This document shows positions 38,400 to 63,288 of a stretch of DNA of 64,000 nucleotides, in pieces. Position 1 is the first letter of the stretch. The number at the start of each line of letters is the position of its first letter. The notes under the pieces were generated by a model that made no database searches, was not told where the DNA came from, and worked only from the letters and a program-made list of their open reading frames with translations. Origin of the DNA: Octopus sinensis (taxonomy: Eukaryota); NCBI RefSeq assembly GCF_006345805.1, contig NC_043006.1:51522001-51586000 (forward strand), given 5' to 3'. Both the position numbers and the translations under genes were made by a program.

Positions 38400-39320
38400 A
38401 ATTGAATTTTACACTCAGAGTAGATGAATAGCTTGTGAGAGCTGTACAAGCAATATCGAAAAGTGCAGTCAGTAAGGTGAGAGTAATGTACATAGTGATG
38501 AATTCAACATGACGGTAGGGATACATCAGAGGTCAATCGTCTCTCCACTTCCAAGCCATAACAGAAGGGTTTGAGACTTGCTACTCATGAGAATTCCTGT
38601 ATATGTGACCTAGTTCTTATAGTTAATCAATAGCAAACTTGGAAAAGAAATTCCTAGCTTGAAAACAAAACCAAAGCTTCAAGATTAAAATATTAGTAAG
38701 TAAAAGAGAAGACAAAATCCTGTTACTATCAGGGGAATGGCCATGAATAGTGTATAGAAAAGGGGCAGGTAAGAATTCTACATGATGCACTCAATATAAC
38801 TTACGGTCACAAGAGATGTAGAAGGATCACAAGCAGATTAACAGAGAAGGTAGACTTCATATGCAACAGGTGCACAGAGACAATGAGTAGCAAAAGTGTG
38901 TTCAAAATAGATTCTCTACAATGTCTAGACAGTAGTTGATAGCTTCAGTTACCTTGGGAATCTAATTATTAGTAGGCTTGGTTGTTCAAAAATCTTTTTT
39001 ACTGGAGTAAGAACTGTTGAGGAAAAGTTCAGAGGATTTACTAAGATTAGAAATAAACGGAGCGTGCTTGCTGGATGTGTAATATATTTGTGTGCACAAA
39101 TGAGCTGAGAGAAAAGCTTAACATAAAAGGAATCAGATGTTGTGTGCAAGAGAGAAGATTGTTGGTTTGGGCATTAGATGTCAATGAAGGAGGGCAACCA
39201 TATAAAGAAAAATTACGTGCTCAAAGTAAATAGAACCTGCAGAAGGAGCAGACTAAGGAATACTTGGAACAAAGTGGTAAAAACAACTCAGTCGCATTTC
39301 ACAGATGAGATGGTAAAAGA
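38400..39320 (+). mobile_element. Highly degenerate RTE RT remnant
   Basis: Fragments resemble VRAVQ..KSAVSKVR, VVDSFSYLG and GTGCAAGAGAGAAGA, as in the 8575-9665 element. Confidence 0.55.
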
Positions 39321-39544
39321 CTATGTCGATTAGCAACAAAAAGAAAAAAAAAAGTATATATATATATATTATATTAATTATATTTATATTATTTGTTATT
39401 TATGTATTGGTTTATGCCTATCACTGTTTGAGTTGCCTAATAGTGGTTTTATCTCTAATTCATATTTTATATATTTATACTGTGAAATTTGATTTAATAC
39501 TAGATCTAATTTCTTCACTGCAAGTTTGGAGCCATACTCCCTCA

Positions 39545-39575
<31 letters not shown>

Positions 39576-40249
39576 GTTGTTGTTGTTATTTTATATATAT
39601 ATATATATATATTCGTTTATATCTTTGGGTGTATGTATTTATGAGTGCATATAATCTAACACACCTATCACTCTGTCACCTATGTCACCCACATCTCTAT
39701 TTCCCCTGCCTTTATCACTAATGCTTCTAGTGCTCACCCCCTTTCAGTAATCTTAATTACTCTCCTCACTTCTATGCTGCCGATGCGATTAAGAATAGCA
39801 GTGGATCTTTTCAGTTCACTGTACATTGCTTTCAGAGTCACGAAGGATGCCACTTAGGTAACCTTCTTTCATTCTTATCATTGCAGCTCTCTCACTATCT
39901 TGAGGTATATATTTAAGGGTCATCATCAGACATGCATATGTTCTATTTATCCTCTTCATTGGCCATGTTATATCAACATGCACCATTTACTGTCATCATA
40001 CATCACCCAGGGGGCGGCGAGGTGGCAGAAACGTTAGCACGCCAGGCGAAATGCTTTGTGGCATTTCGTCTGCCGCTATGTTCTGAGTTCAAATTCTACC
40101 GAGGTCGACTTTGCCTTTCATCCTTTCGGGGTTGATTAAATAAGTACCAGTTACGCACTGGGTCGATATAATCGACTTAATCCGTTTGTCTTTACTTGTT
40201 TGTCCTCTCTGTGTTTAGCTCCTTGTGGGTAGTAAAAAAATAGGTATAG

Positions 40250-42093
40250 TGACTTGTGAATAATTCTGTGGTCTTTTTTTTGCTTGAAGGTTAGTGTTGA
40301 AATTGTTGTTGCGGAATTCTTTCCTTGTGTTGTTATTAATAGCGTTCTGCATGTGGCAGACGGTGTGAACTATTATTTCCCTCTGTGAGGCGAGGAATTA
40401 TCCATTTTTGTGGCGTTTTCCCACAAATTTTGTTAAATTTTGTTTAAAATGAATACTTCTTTTGCAGAGGAAAGAAAACTGTGAAATGTTAAGTATGCCG
40501 ACAGCAGACAAACTTGTTGAACCGCCAAAAAAGATAAATTTTGCAGCTGCAGCAGGAGTTAAAAAAGAAAAATTATGTATAGATCGAAGTGTGCTAATGC
40601 AGCACCTAAACTAGTTGTGTCTAAAACTCTGGTAATAAAGGAAAATAAACTCGACAAAGCACCAAAAGAAGAAATAGAAAAATATGTACAACTGATCAGA
40701 CAGGACACAGAATACCAGAGGGAAACGCTTTGCCACTGCAGTAGCTTATTTCAAGAGTGAAGAGAAGGCTAAAACATACTCAGTGCAGCCTTTGAGAACC
40801 AAAGACATTGTGTTGCTGCCAACATACTTAGGCAGGCATACATCAGAGATCACAATAGAAGAGATCCTGCCAGAAATGAACATCTCATGGCAACTCCCAG
40901 CCCTACTAATGGCTCTCGAAGAAGAAATAACAATATTAGAGGCCTCAAAAATCCAACAGCAGAACTGGAAGGTGCAAGGCCTGGAGGTCATCATCCATGC
41001 GGTGCCAGACCCTGGCAAAGATCGTGGAAAATATATACCTCAGAGAAGAAACCACCTTATGGGTAATGGTGGAAAGGAGAAGACCCCGGTGCTTCGTATG
41101 TGAACAGATGGGCCACATTCGGGCAAACTGTCCTACCCGTAAGGTGGAGATGGCCCAATATATAAAAAAAAGGATGCAGAAGAGGCAGAGACACAGAAGA
41201 CCAGCCAGCAGGCTCCCAGCAATGAAAACACTTAACCAGCTAGGAGTGAAGACGGATGGTCTACCGTAAAAAGAAAAAATGTAACCAAAAGGAAGAACCC
41301 CAATCCCACCCCCTCAACATCCAGCTTGAACAAGAAAAAAGCTCCCTCAGTAAGCACACACGTACATTCGGGCTGAAGACACGAGATAACTTCCAGAAGT
41401 CTTTGGCATGGCAATGTTACCGAGGAGCCTTACCTGTCCGGGACATGCTCGCAAGGCATGGTGGCTTTGGCCCAACGACCTGTCCAAGATGTGGGAGGGA
41501 CAAGGAATCCGTCCTGCAGGCTATTGTTCAGTGTTCGGAGGTATCAGATGTGTGGGTTTATGCCGAACAACTGTTGTCAAGTACAGGAAGAGTACAGATA
41601 TCGACTGAGTCAATAGTAAAAATTGACCCAGCGGATTTCCTATCGAAAGAAGGTAAGAATTGCTTTCTCATCATTGTAACATTTGCGAGAGAGGTGATTT
41701 GGAAGACGCGAGTGAATGGGTTAATAACAGGCATTTTTATCTCTGGCCCTAACATGGTGAATTTCTTCACCTTCCACCTAAGTAGGAAAATAGGGTTAGA
41801 GAGAAAATGCCTATCCGCGAAAATATTTCAAGATTGATGAAAGAATATCGCACGAATGTTGCGTATGGATGGGACTGCATGAATACAACGCAGGATGAAC
41901 CCAAAGCATCAGTGGTGAGGCGGGGCTCGTGGGGTCCGAGCACATCCCGCATCCCCACTCCATTTTGTAATGTCTTGTTATCATTCGAACTCTTCATATT
42001 TATGTAAAATTTTAAAATTCATCTTTATGTCAATTCATACGTTAAATCTAACCCCATATCAGATTGTACAGTCCCCTTGTGGGAAATAAAAAA
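40250..42093 (+). mobile_element. Internally deleted Tx1/L1-clade LINE (ORF1 with CCHC knuckle fused to ORF2 C-terminal zinc motif)
   Basis: ORF1-like start MPTADK...KINFAAAAG at 40495. Knuckle CFVCEQMGHIRANC at 41090-41131. zf-RVT-like LAWQCYRGALPV...CPRCG..ES from ~41400. A-rich 3' end. No endonuclease or RT motifs. The 5' boundary is approximate. Confidence 0.75.
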
Positions 42094-42448
42094 TTTGCGA
42101 AATACTTAGCGGTATTAGAGTTCAAAGGTCGACTTTGCCTTTCATCCTTTCGGGGTCGATTAAATAAGAACCAGTTACGCACTGGAGTCGATGTAACCGG
42201 CTTGGTTAAACTAAAGCGTTTGGCCCGAGCAAAAAAAAAAAAAAAACAAAAGAAAAATAGTGTAATAGGTGTAAAACAACTTGCTCTAAACGAATATGAA
42301 AAAGAAAATCTGATGTTTTTAGCAGGACCTTCCTTTCGCAGACAAAGGATCCCTTCCTTTTATTCATCGTAACAAAACTACAAACTTCGTCCGATCCTGC
42401 AGTCTCGTGTTTAAATTAGAGCGTTTATTTGTTACCTCCCTTACATTT

Positions 42449-42463
42449 GTTGCCAATAACAAC
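42449..42463 (+). promoter_or_regulatory. Candidate RFX X-box
   Basis: GTTGCC-AAT-AACAAC fits GTNRCC(N0-3)RRNAAC and lies ~250 bp upstream of the ATG of a motile-cilia gene. Confidence 0.55.
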
Positions 42464-42715
42464 GACGCGTTCTGTACTTTTGGGAGAAACAATTTCTCTT
42501 CGCACCTCGCCACCACAACCACTGCCTCTACACAGTCTATACAGTGTCATTACACCGTCACTACCACCACCTCTACACAATCTCGGTCACTACCACTACC
42601 ACTACCTTTGTCCCTACACTATCGCGGCCGTCACCGCTGCTACTACAGAGTTACTGCACCAGTACGATCACCTACTCTCTACCGCCACTCTAATATTACA
42701 TTAACTAAAGCAACA

Positions 42716-55140
<12,425 letters not shown>

Positions 55141-56733
55141 CTTAAGGATCTCCAAAAGGAAATAACGAGACATTGAAATATATTACAAGGTAATAGGCTT
55201 TTTGTTTATAATAACTATAATGGTTCCAAATTTCGGCACAAGGCCAGTAATTTTAGGAGAAGGGTGAGTCAATTACACCCCCCCCCCCCAGTGCTCAACT
55301 GGTACTAACTTTATTGAGCCTCAGAAAGAGGAAAGGTAAAGTTGAAAGTTGACTTTGGTGGAATTTGAACTCAGAATGTAAGGACGGATGAAATGCTGCT
55401 ATGCATTTTGCCCAGCATACTAACAATAATAATAATCTTTTTTACTAAAGGCACAAAGCCTGAAATTTTGGTGGAGGGGACCAGTCAATTACATTGACCC
55501 CAGTATTTTACTGGTACCTAATTTATTGACCCTGAAAGGATGAAAAGCACAGTTGACCTTGGTAGAATTTGAACTCAAAATGTAAAGATGGATGAAATAC
55601 CACAAACCATTTTGTCCAGCATGCTAACTATTCTGCCAGCTTGCTGGTCTACTCAACCTGTAGAAAATTCTAACTGGGCTCCACCTGCAAGGCCATGTGC
55701 TATTTATCTTGATATGAGATCACCATGTTGCAAACATAAGGTTTGTGATATGTGTGCCTGGTGTACCCTTATCAGACAGGTAGTCATGATGGGTATCTTG
55801 GGTTTCATTTGTACCCCAATGTATTAATTATTGATTGTCATTTGTACCCCATTGTCACTTTGATGGCATGCATTGCTCTCTCACTCAATAATGATAATAA
55901 TAATAATAATAACAATAATGATGGACCTTTCTTTATTAGCTACAAGGGCTTGATAAGATACAAAAAATATAAAACTTTTACTTGAGGTTACAAAGGAAGT
56001 ATAAAGTGAACTATAAAAACAAAAAAAAAACATAGTTACAAATTATGAAAGAAGGTATGCGACATTGAACAATATATGGTAGGATATTTTAAGAATTTTA
56101 GAACTTAAAAGGCACACACACACACACACACACACATGTGCATATACATATAAATACACATATGCACAAATATATGCATACATGTACATATATGTATGCA
56201 TATAAACATATTTACATAGAAAAAATTTAAAAGGTACAATTATAACAGAATAATTAAAACAAAGAATAATTTACAAAAATAAGCAATGAATGATTTTTTG
56301 GTTAGGTTGAATTGGGTACTCAATGATCCCGTTCACTTAAACACATTTCAGATTGTATTTGAGTGCAAACAAATGTATCACTAGGCATTTTTTTTTAATG
56401 TATTTTGATACTGAAAAGCACCAGCATCTTGACAGTATTTTAAAAAAAAGTTTGATATGATGTTTTAATTTTCTTTTTTGCATGATGTTTATATTTTCAA
56501 CTTAACAATTCTTGTGTCATTCCAAACCTTTCAGAAAGTCTGTAACTCCAGAATCTAAAAAAAAACGTGAAGTATATTTGCCACTTAAATGTGGCTAACC
56601 CTTAAGGGTGGTTGCTACTGTAGCTTGTAGCCCCAGGAAGACACCTCCTCCAGCTGACTATTGACACACTTTCTGTGCCCTATTAGTATTTGCAAAGGGA
56701 AGACATCCTTCCCATCTTCAATCTGACATGATA

Positions 56734-56778
56734 CACAAGGACTCGAGTTTCTGGGTATTGACCCGTCATCAGCGTGTG
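56734..56778 (-). ncRNA. Minimal type-I hammerhead ribozyme motif (left arm)
   Basis: Minus strand CACACG-CTGATGA-C-GGGT CAAT ACCC-A-GAAAC TCGA GTC-CTTGTG. Confidence 0.7.
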
Positions 56779-56863
56779 ACAATCACTGATTGACAATGAA
56801 AAGTGGGAAAAAGGATATATATTTGCAAAGGGAACCCACTTTTCATCAGCAATCGGTGATTGT

Positions 56864-56908
56864 CACACGCTGATGACGGGTCAATACCCAGAAACTCGAG
56901 TCCATGTG
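56864..56908 (+). ncRNA. Minimal type-I hammerhead ribozyme motif (right arm)
   Basis: CACACG-CTGATGA-C-GGGT CAAT ACCC-A-GAAAC TCGA GTC-CATGTG, predicted cleavage after GUC at 56902. Confidence 0.7.
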
Positions 56909-58429
56909 TATCATGTCAGATTGCAGATCGGAAGGATGGCTTCCCTTTGCAAATACTGATAGGGCACAAAAAGTGTGTCAATAGTCAGCTGGAGGAGGTG
57001 TCCTCCTGGGGCTACAAGCTACAGTAGCAACCACCCTTAAGGGTTAGCCACATTTAAATGGCAAATATACTTCATGATGTCATGCAGCTACTGGTTATAC
57101 CTCGCTCAGAGATTTATTATTGTAAAAAAAAAATCTTAGATATTAATTACTTTTGTCTTCTACATTTTCTTTGTTATTTTGCAGAGGAATGATTTTGCTG
57201 TCATTTCAAAAGAAATTGTTTCTCATAAACATAGAACAAAGAAAATAGATTAGACTGTTTTGTGCCTTTTTTGTGATTTTTTCATCTATCGTATTTTCTT
57301 ACAACAGGTTGATACTGTTAGAGGACAGGGTATTTGCTCATCTATTTGTTTTGCTGGGCTAAAAGATATTTGCTTTGCTGTTCCCAGAATTTTGAATGGT
57401 GGTGCTTTGGAAACTGGGGTTTGTAGTTCTTTTGTTGTTGATTTTCGTTGTTTTCATTTTTTTGTGTGTTTTTGTTTATTCTTCTGTATTCTTTGGGACA
57501 TTCAGCTCTAAGGTGTGTTTTACACTGAGAAAAATAGCAACTATGTTTTCTTAACTATATCATTAATTTTGGTGCCTTCTATTAGGCACAATTTCTGTAT
57601 ATCCTTGTGGCCTTCTGGGGTCATTACAATGTACAAGTTCATTTTGACATCCACTGACCACAGGGTATTGGATTACCTTTCATCACCTTTAGATAAGTCT
57701 GTATTGATCATTCTCCCATACAGCTACACAAAAGTCAATACTAGCTATAGGTCATGTCTAATATCTCTTATTGTCACTCTCATGTCTGATTGACTCATGT
57801 ACTGTAGCACCAAAGATATACATGACAATTTTAGCCAGTGTTTTGGCTGCATTTTCAGTTTTAAAGGTACAACAAATAGTGCCATAACTTCTGCTTTTTC
57901 AATCAAGATAGCTTCTCCCAATATGTCTTTGGGGGACTGTTGTACTAATTGATATGTGGAGAATTTTCATCTGCTTGTGTCTTTTCATAAGTAGTGATAT
58001 ATATATTTTTCTCTTTGCCCTCTCCTGGATTATATCATTTGGCAAAAAAGGCTGTTGTGTTTTACAAAACTCTTCCATTTACATATTTTCTTTTGCAACT
58101 GTGATGTAAACATTTTGTCTACTCATTTAGTGTTGAGAGAAAATTTGTTTCCACACAGCTGCAATATGAATGGACTATAATGTTTGAATTTGTTTAAGAG
58201 TTGCCAATGTTGTTGTTGTTACTGTTGCTACCTTCCACATAACTTATTTGAATAATTGGGACATTTTTTTCATTGTTTGCTCTACTGTACATTTTTTCTT
58301 GCTTTTGCACACTTACTTGTATGTTTTGTTTTTGTTTTTTTTTTGTCCTGTGACATAACTATGTATGGTAGTCGTTTTAGATATGAAAATGTAATGTATG
58401 TAAATAAAGTTCTAAAAGTTTGTGAGAAA

Positions 58430-59290
58430 ATGTTCTTTTCTTTCTGAGATCACAATGCAATCACAATGCATTGCAGAAGACTGGAAGACTTTAAGAATTG
58501 GTAAATGTGTGCAAAGTGGGTATCTTGGAAGTTGACTCTTGATTTGGAGAAGAGAAGAGTGGAAGCCTGCTTTGATCTACTGGAAACATTTGAAGCCAAT
58601 ACAGATAGTTTTTTTTTTCCCACCCTGGTGACAGGGGACTAAATATAATCCCATACATGGCTAGCCAACATAGCAGCCTTATTTTTATGAATGTGTCAGG
58701 AAGAAGACTGGTGGTTTGCATAACAACTTTTAAAATTTCCTTGGCATAAACCTGTGTAATTTTTCTTCTCAATTATGTTGTTTTGGAGCACTACTGTAAC
58801 TTTGACATCATAAACAACCATATTTATCAGATATGCATGATCAACCAGGCAAACTGCAGGGTTTCCACAGTTACAATTGGGAGTGATAATGTCCTTCATA
58901 TTGGGGCTGCAGCTGTATGAAATTTTTATCGAGTGTCTTTTAAAAATTATTTAATAATGCTAGGAATTTCTTGCCTATGTTAGTCTTAATATTTAAAGAG
59001 AAAGCATATCTGAAGGATATTATTTTCCTAGGTCTATTTTTAGGATCCATATTTTTAACTGAAGGGTTATTTGATATCTCATCTTTGAAGCTGCTATTAG
59101 CTAGGACATTGTTATAGTAGGGGGCTGCTTTATCAAAAATTAACCTTGTTATATTATTCTGCCCCAGCTACATTAATTATGATTTCTACAGGACAAAGAT
59201 ATTGGTTTTCTTACTTTGCTTCTCTTCTTGTTTTTCTCATGTTTTCTCATTCATTAGCATCCTGGTTTATAAATACACCTAACATTATGA
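58430..59290 (-). mobile_element. Degenerate Penelope-like element (RT thumb-linker-GIY-YIG endonuclease)
   Basis: Manual translation: IFDKAAPYYNNVL...RKII..FSLNIKTNIGKKFL...KISYSCSPNMKDII...CNC...VVYDVKV...NYTGL..GNFKSCYANH, with stops and a frameshift. Confidence 0.85.
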
Positions 59291-59466
59291 ATTGAGCCTA
59301 AAAGATTGCTTGGAGATACATGGCATGTTTTATAAATCTGCCAAATTAATGTTTTTTAAAGCATGAAAATATTAGTACAACTTTTGTAATTGAGTATATT
59401 AAATTATATTTATCTCTCACAGGATGGAGTACTTTTTTCGTTGATCCTACCTATAATGGAACTGTA

Positions 59467-59500
<34 letters not shown>

Positions 59501-60409
59501 TTGGAAAAGGATGTGTGGCATTCGATCATATAATAATATAAATAATATATAAATATATGCATATTATTATACATAGCTACATATAAATAATATATAAATA
59601 TATACATATTATTGTACATAGCTACATATATATGTATATATACATGCATATACAGGTACAGGACATAAAACAAAACGTTGAACACAATTGAGAAACGAAA
59701 ACATAAAAACAAAAACATAGAAACAAACTTTTTTTGGGGGACAACGAAAAAAAGCAAACAGAGAAACGAGACATACAAAATAAAGAATATTCCCCTTCTT
59801 CAGTTGACCCTGTTTCAACTACTCCACATTTCGAAGGCAAGGACAAGACGCAACTTCAATGAAAAGTCCTTCCCGCAAAGCAAATTAATTTGGAATTTTT
59901 TACTGGGGGTGAAAGTGGTAACAAGAACAGGACAGTGAGAATAAAACAGTAAAAGCAATAAAAAAGTTAAAACAGTAAAAGACAGAACAATGAGAACACA
60001 GCGGTAAAAACAAACAATGAGGGCTGTTAAGCCAAGATGATGGAAAAATTATTCTGAACGCTTAAGGAGACAAGCTTATGAAGAGACAGTATAAGCATGT
60101 TTAGTCTTTGCAAAGGTAGTAGTCAGAAAGATAGATTCCCTCTCGTCATGTGTCAGCGATGAGAGAGTCGAGGAGGAGGAGTGAGAGAGAGGGAACAGTG
60201 AAGGGGAGAGGAGAATAATAGGGAAGGGTGGGAGAGAAAACCCAGAAAGGATGAAGAACAGAGAAGAGATAGTAAAGATAGAAGAGTGTGCATTGTAATT
60301 ATTAAGATAAAACTCACTTGCAAAAGGATGCATGGCGTTCGATCATATAATGATATAAATAATATATAAATATATGCATATATACATACATATATGTACA
60401 TATATATAT

Positions 60410-61990
60410 ATACTAGCAGTATTGCCCGGCTTTGCAAAATGGTCAAATTTAATTCAAAGCGTTAAAAATGTTATGAAAACAATTGGTATGTGTTCACAAA
60501 GTCCAAACGATTAATACGAAAAAACCCTCCAGGCTACATCCCGAAAATTCATTTCTTTGCCGAATTTCTACAATGTTTACGGCGATTCGTTTTTATATCT
60601 TGATTTTTTATTTTTCATGCAATTTACACATGCTTGCACGCGTGGTGAACACAGTTCACGTCAAACAGCTGAGTAAAGTTCACTATTTAATGCATGGGAT
60701 AAGGTCTAAACAAACACATTATCGATTTTTGCACTTGCAAGATGAATTTCGGAACAGAAATAGCGCAGTTCAATTTTCATTTGCCTAAACTTTAAGTGAC
60801 CCATTTTTGGTGGTTCTACGATTTGTTGGCTAGGAGACGTGCCAGGAAGTTAAACACACAGACACACAAGTTGAGTTTTATATATATGTAGACTAGTAGT
60901 ATCACCCGGTGTTGCTTGGGTTTGTTTTGACCCTTTAGAATTGGAATGTTTGCAAAGTAAAAATTTTGCATTATGCAACTTGTTATTCTCTTCAAGTGAA
61001 CATTTTTCCAGTTGAAATACACCGAAAAATGGTGACACAGCAGTCAAAAATCGTAAAAAATAGAGATTTTCATAGAAAAAAAGCACCTTTTTGATGTAAA
61101 TAATTTTTGGTGTTAACATGGTCCAATTTGAATTTTATCTTCCACAGAATGAAGAGCAAGCCTTCTTCTATCATACTGTCAATTTTGGTCAACTTGCGCT
61201 GCAGGGTCTTGAAGGAGATAGTGTTAGTTGAAGGCTACCAAACCTGCCACACACAGACAACTTTAGCTTCATATATATCTAGATTTGCTACACACTACTT
61301 TCCATCCTTAATAATGAAACTTGGTAGATCCAAAAGTTAAACACACACAGATACACACACAGACACACAAGTTGAGTTTTATATATATAGATTTCTCAAC
61401 GGGGATTTCAGGGGAGAGTTTCAGGGAATCGCTGGCAATGTATCGTGATAATCAAAAATCCGGCCTGCTAAAATTTGGTTAAAGTGATTCAATCTGCAGA
61501 CTCAACGCAAAATGGTCACATTTAATTCAAAGTGTTAAAAATGTTATGAAAACAATTGGTATGTGTTCACAAAGTCCAAACGATTAATACAAAAAAACCC
61601 TCCAGGCTACATCCCAAAAATTCATTTCTTTGCCAAATTTCTACAATGATTACGGTGATTCGTTTTTATAACTTGATTTTTTATTTTTCATGCAATTAAC
61701 GCATGCTTGCACACATGGTGAACACAGTTCACGTCAAACAGCTGACTGAGTAAAGTTCACTATTCAATGCATGGGATAAGGCCTAAACAAACATATTATC
61801 GATTTTTGCACTTGCGAGATGAATTTCGGAACAGAAATAGTGCAGTTCAATTTCCATTTGCCTAAACTTTAAGTGACCATTTTTGGTGGTTCTACGATTT
61901 GTTGGTTAGGAGGAGATGTGCCGGGAAGTTAAACACACAGACACACATGCAGATACACAGACAGACACACAAGTTGAGTTTTATATATAT
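60410..61990 (+). mobile_element. Cluster of Helitron-like non-autonomous repeats with a ~480-bp direct duplication
   Basis: Starts TACTAGCAGTATTGCCCGG (60411) and ACTAGTAGTATCACCCGG (~60891). Ends resemble ...ACAC(A)AGTTGAGTTTTATATATATAGA(T/C). 60437-60890 is repeated at 61508-61990. Confidence 0.55.
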
Positions 61991-63039
61991 ATATATATAT
62001 ATGCATTCATGCATATATGGGTACAGGACATAAAAAAAAAACGTTGAACACAATGAGAAAAGAAAACAAAAACAATCTTTAAGTTCTCCTGTTTCTCAGA
62101 CTAATACTCCTGGTTCCTTACCGAAAAGACTTCCACTGATTTTCTGGAATTCTCCTTTCCTCTACTTCTTAGCCACCTGAGTCTGTGAGTAAAACTCAAT
62201 TCACTAAAGCCTTCACCCACTATTTGCTTTGCATCTAAGTACATGTTGCATATATAAGGTAAATCTCTAGAGTTATGTTCTTCTAATTCTATCATGCTCC
62301 CAACCATGCACATATGTATACTACATAACAAACTAGACACCTCGTGACATATCTGACTTCATGAACTGACTCTATAAACAGGGATCTTAAAAATGTCCCA
62401 ATACACTCTTGTTTTCTTCAACAACCAATAAACAAGATTACTGCTAATATTATTGCACATCATATTCCTAACATAAACAAGAGCAGCAAACAACTAGTAT
62501 TTATGGCTACTCAAAATGCTAGACCTCATTATTGCTGAGGTGAATACACATGTTTAACATTGCAAAGATAGATTCAGAAAAATTCGACTTTCTCTTCAGA
62601 TCAAGAAAATACTTTATTCCATAACAACTACTAACTCCCTATAAAGCTCAGGTAAGAACCGCAGTAGAGTACTACTCCCACAGCTAGAATAGCACTGCTA
62701 CTACACAAACTACGTTCAGAAAAAAGGCTGCATGACTGATCAGCATAATACCACTCTGAGACAAGCTTCAGCCTTGTCTTATAGATGTGTTGTTTTCTCT
62801 CTCTACTTAATTTATCTACCACTACTACAATGGACTCTGCTCCACCGAGCTAACTGGTCTCAAACCATCCCCTCTCAAGTACACTTGATTCATATGTTTC
62901 TCCTATTGATATCATTCATTTTGTTTCTACCTCCATATACTCCACACTAACCTCTTCACTCAGTCCTTCCTTCTCAGAACTTCATCTTTCTAGAGATATC
63001 AGGCTACACATAACTGAAAGAAACCTGTTGTATATGTAT

Positions 63040-63242
63040 ATGTGTGTGTGTCTTTCTGTCTATGTTTGTTCCTTGACAAGCAGTGTTGGTGTGTTTACAT
63101 CCCTGTAACTTAGGGGTTTGGCAAAAGAGATTGATAGAATAAAAACCAGTGTTATAAAAGAAGTACTGGAGTCGATTCATTTGACTTTAAAAAAATTAAA
63201 GTTGGTGCCACAGTCTAATGATTGAAACAAATCGAAGATAAA

Positions 63243-63245
<3 letters not shown>
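63040..63245 (+). mobile_element. SINE family A, 3' part
   Basis: GTGTTGGTGTGTTTACATCCCTGTAACTTAG...CAGTCTAATGATTGAAACAA. Confidence 0.6.

Positions 63246-63288
<43 letters not shown>

Larger units (their letters stand above)
56566..57076. repeat. Long palindrome (242-bp arms, 27-bp spacer), probable inverted Penelope-like pseudo-LTR pair
   Basis: 56566-56807 vs 56835-57076: about 13 mismatches by hand alignment. Each arm contains a hammerhead core. Confidence 0.9.

Noticed and set aside
59790-59850. GAAACAGGGTC-AA-CTGAAGA on the minus strand
   Set aside because: Only 2 nt lie between the putative cleavage site and the core, so helix I is impossible.
62100-63000. Short ORFs on the minus strand
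   Set aside because: They look like very old RTE RT debris (YLDAKQIVGEG, KTRLKL) and are too decayed to call.
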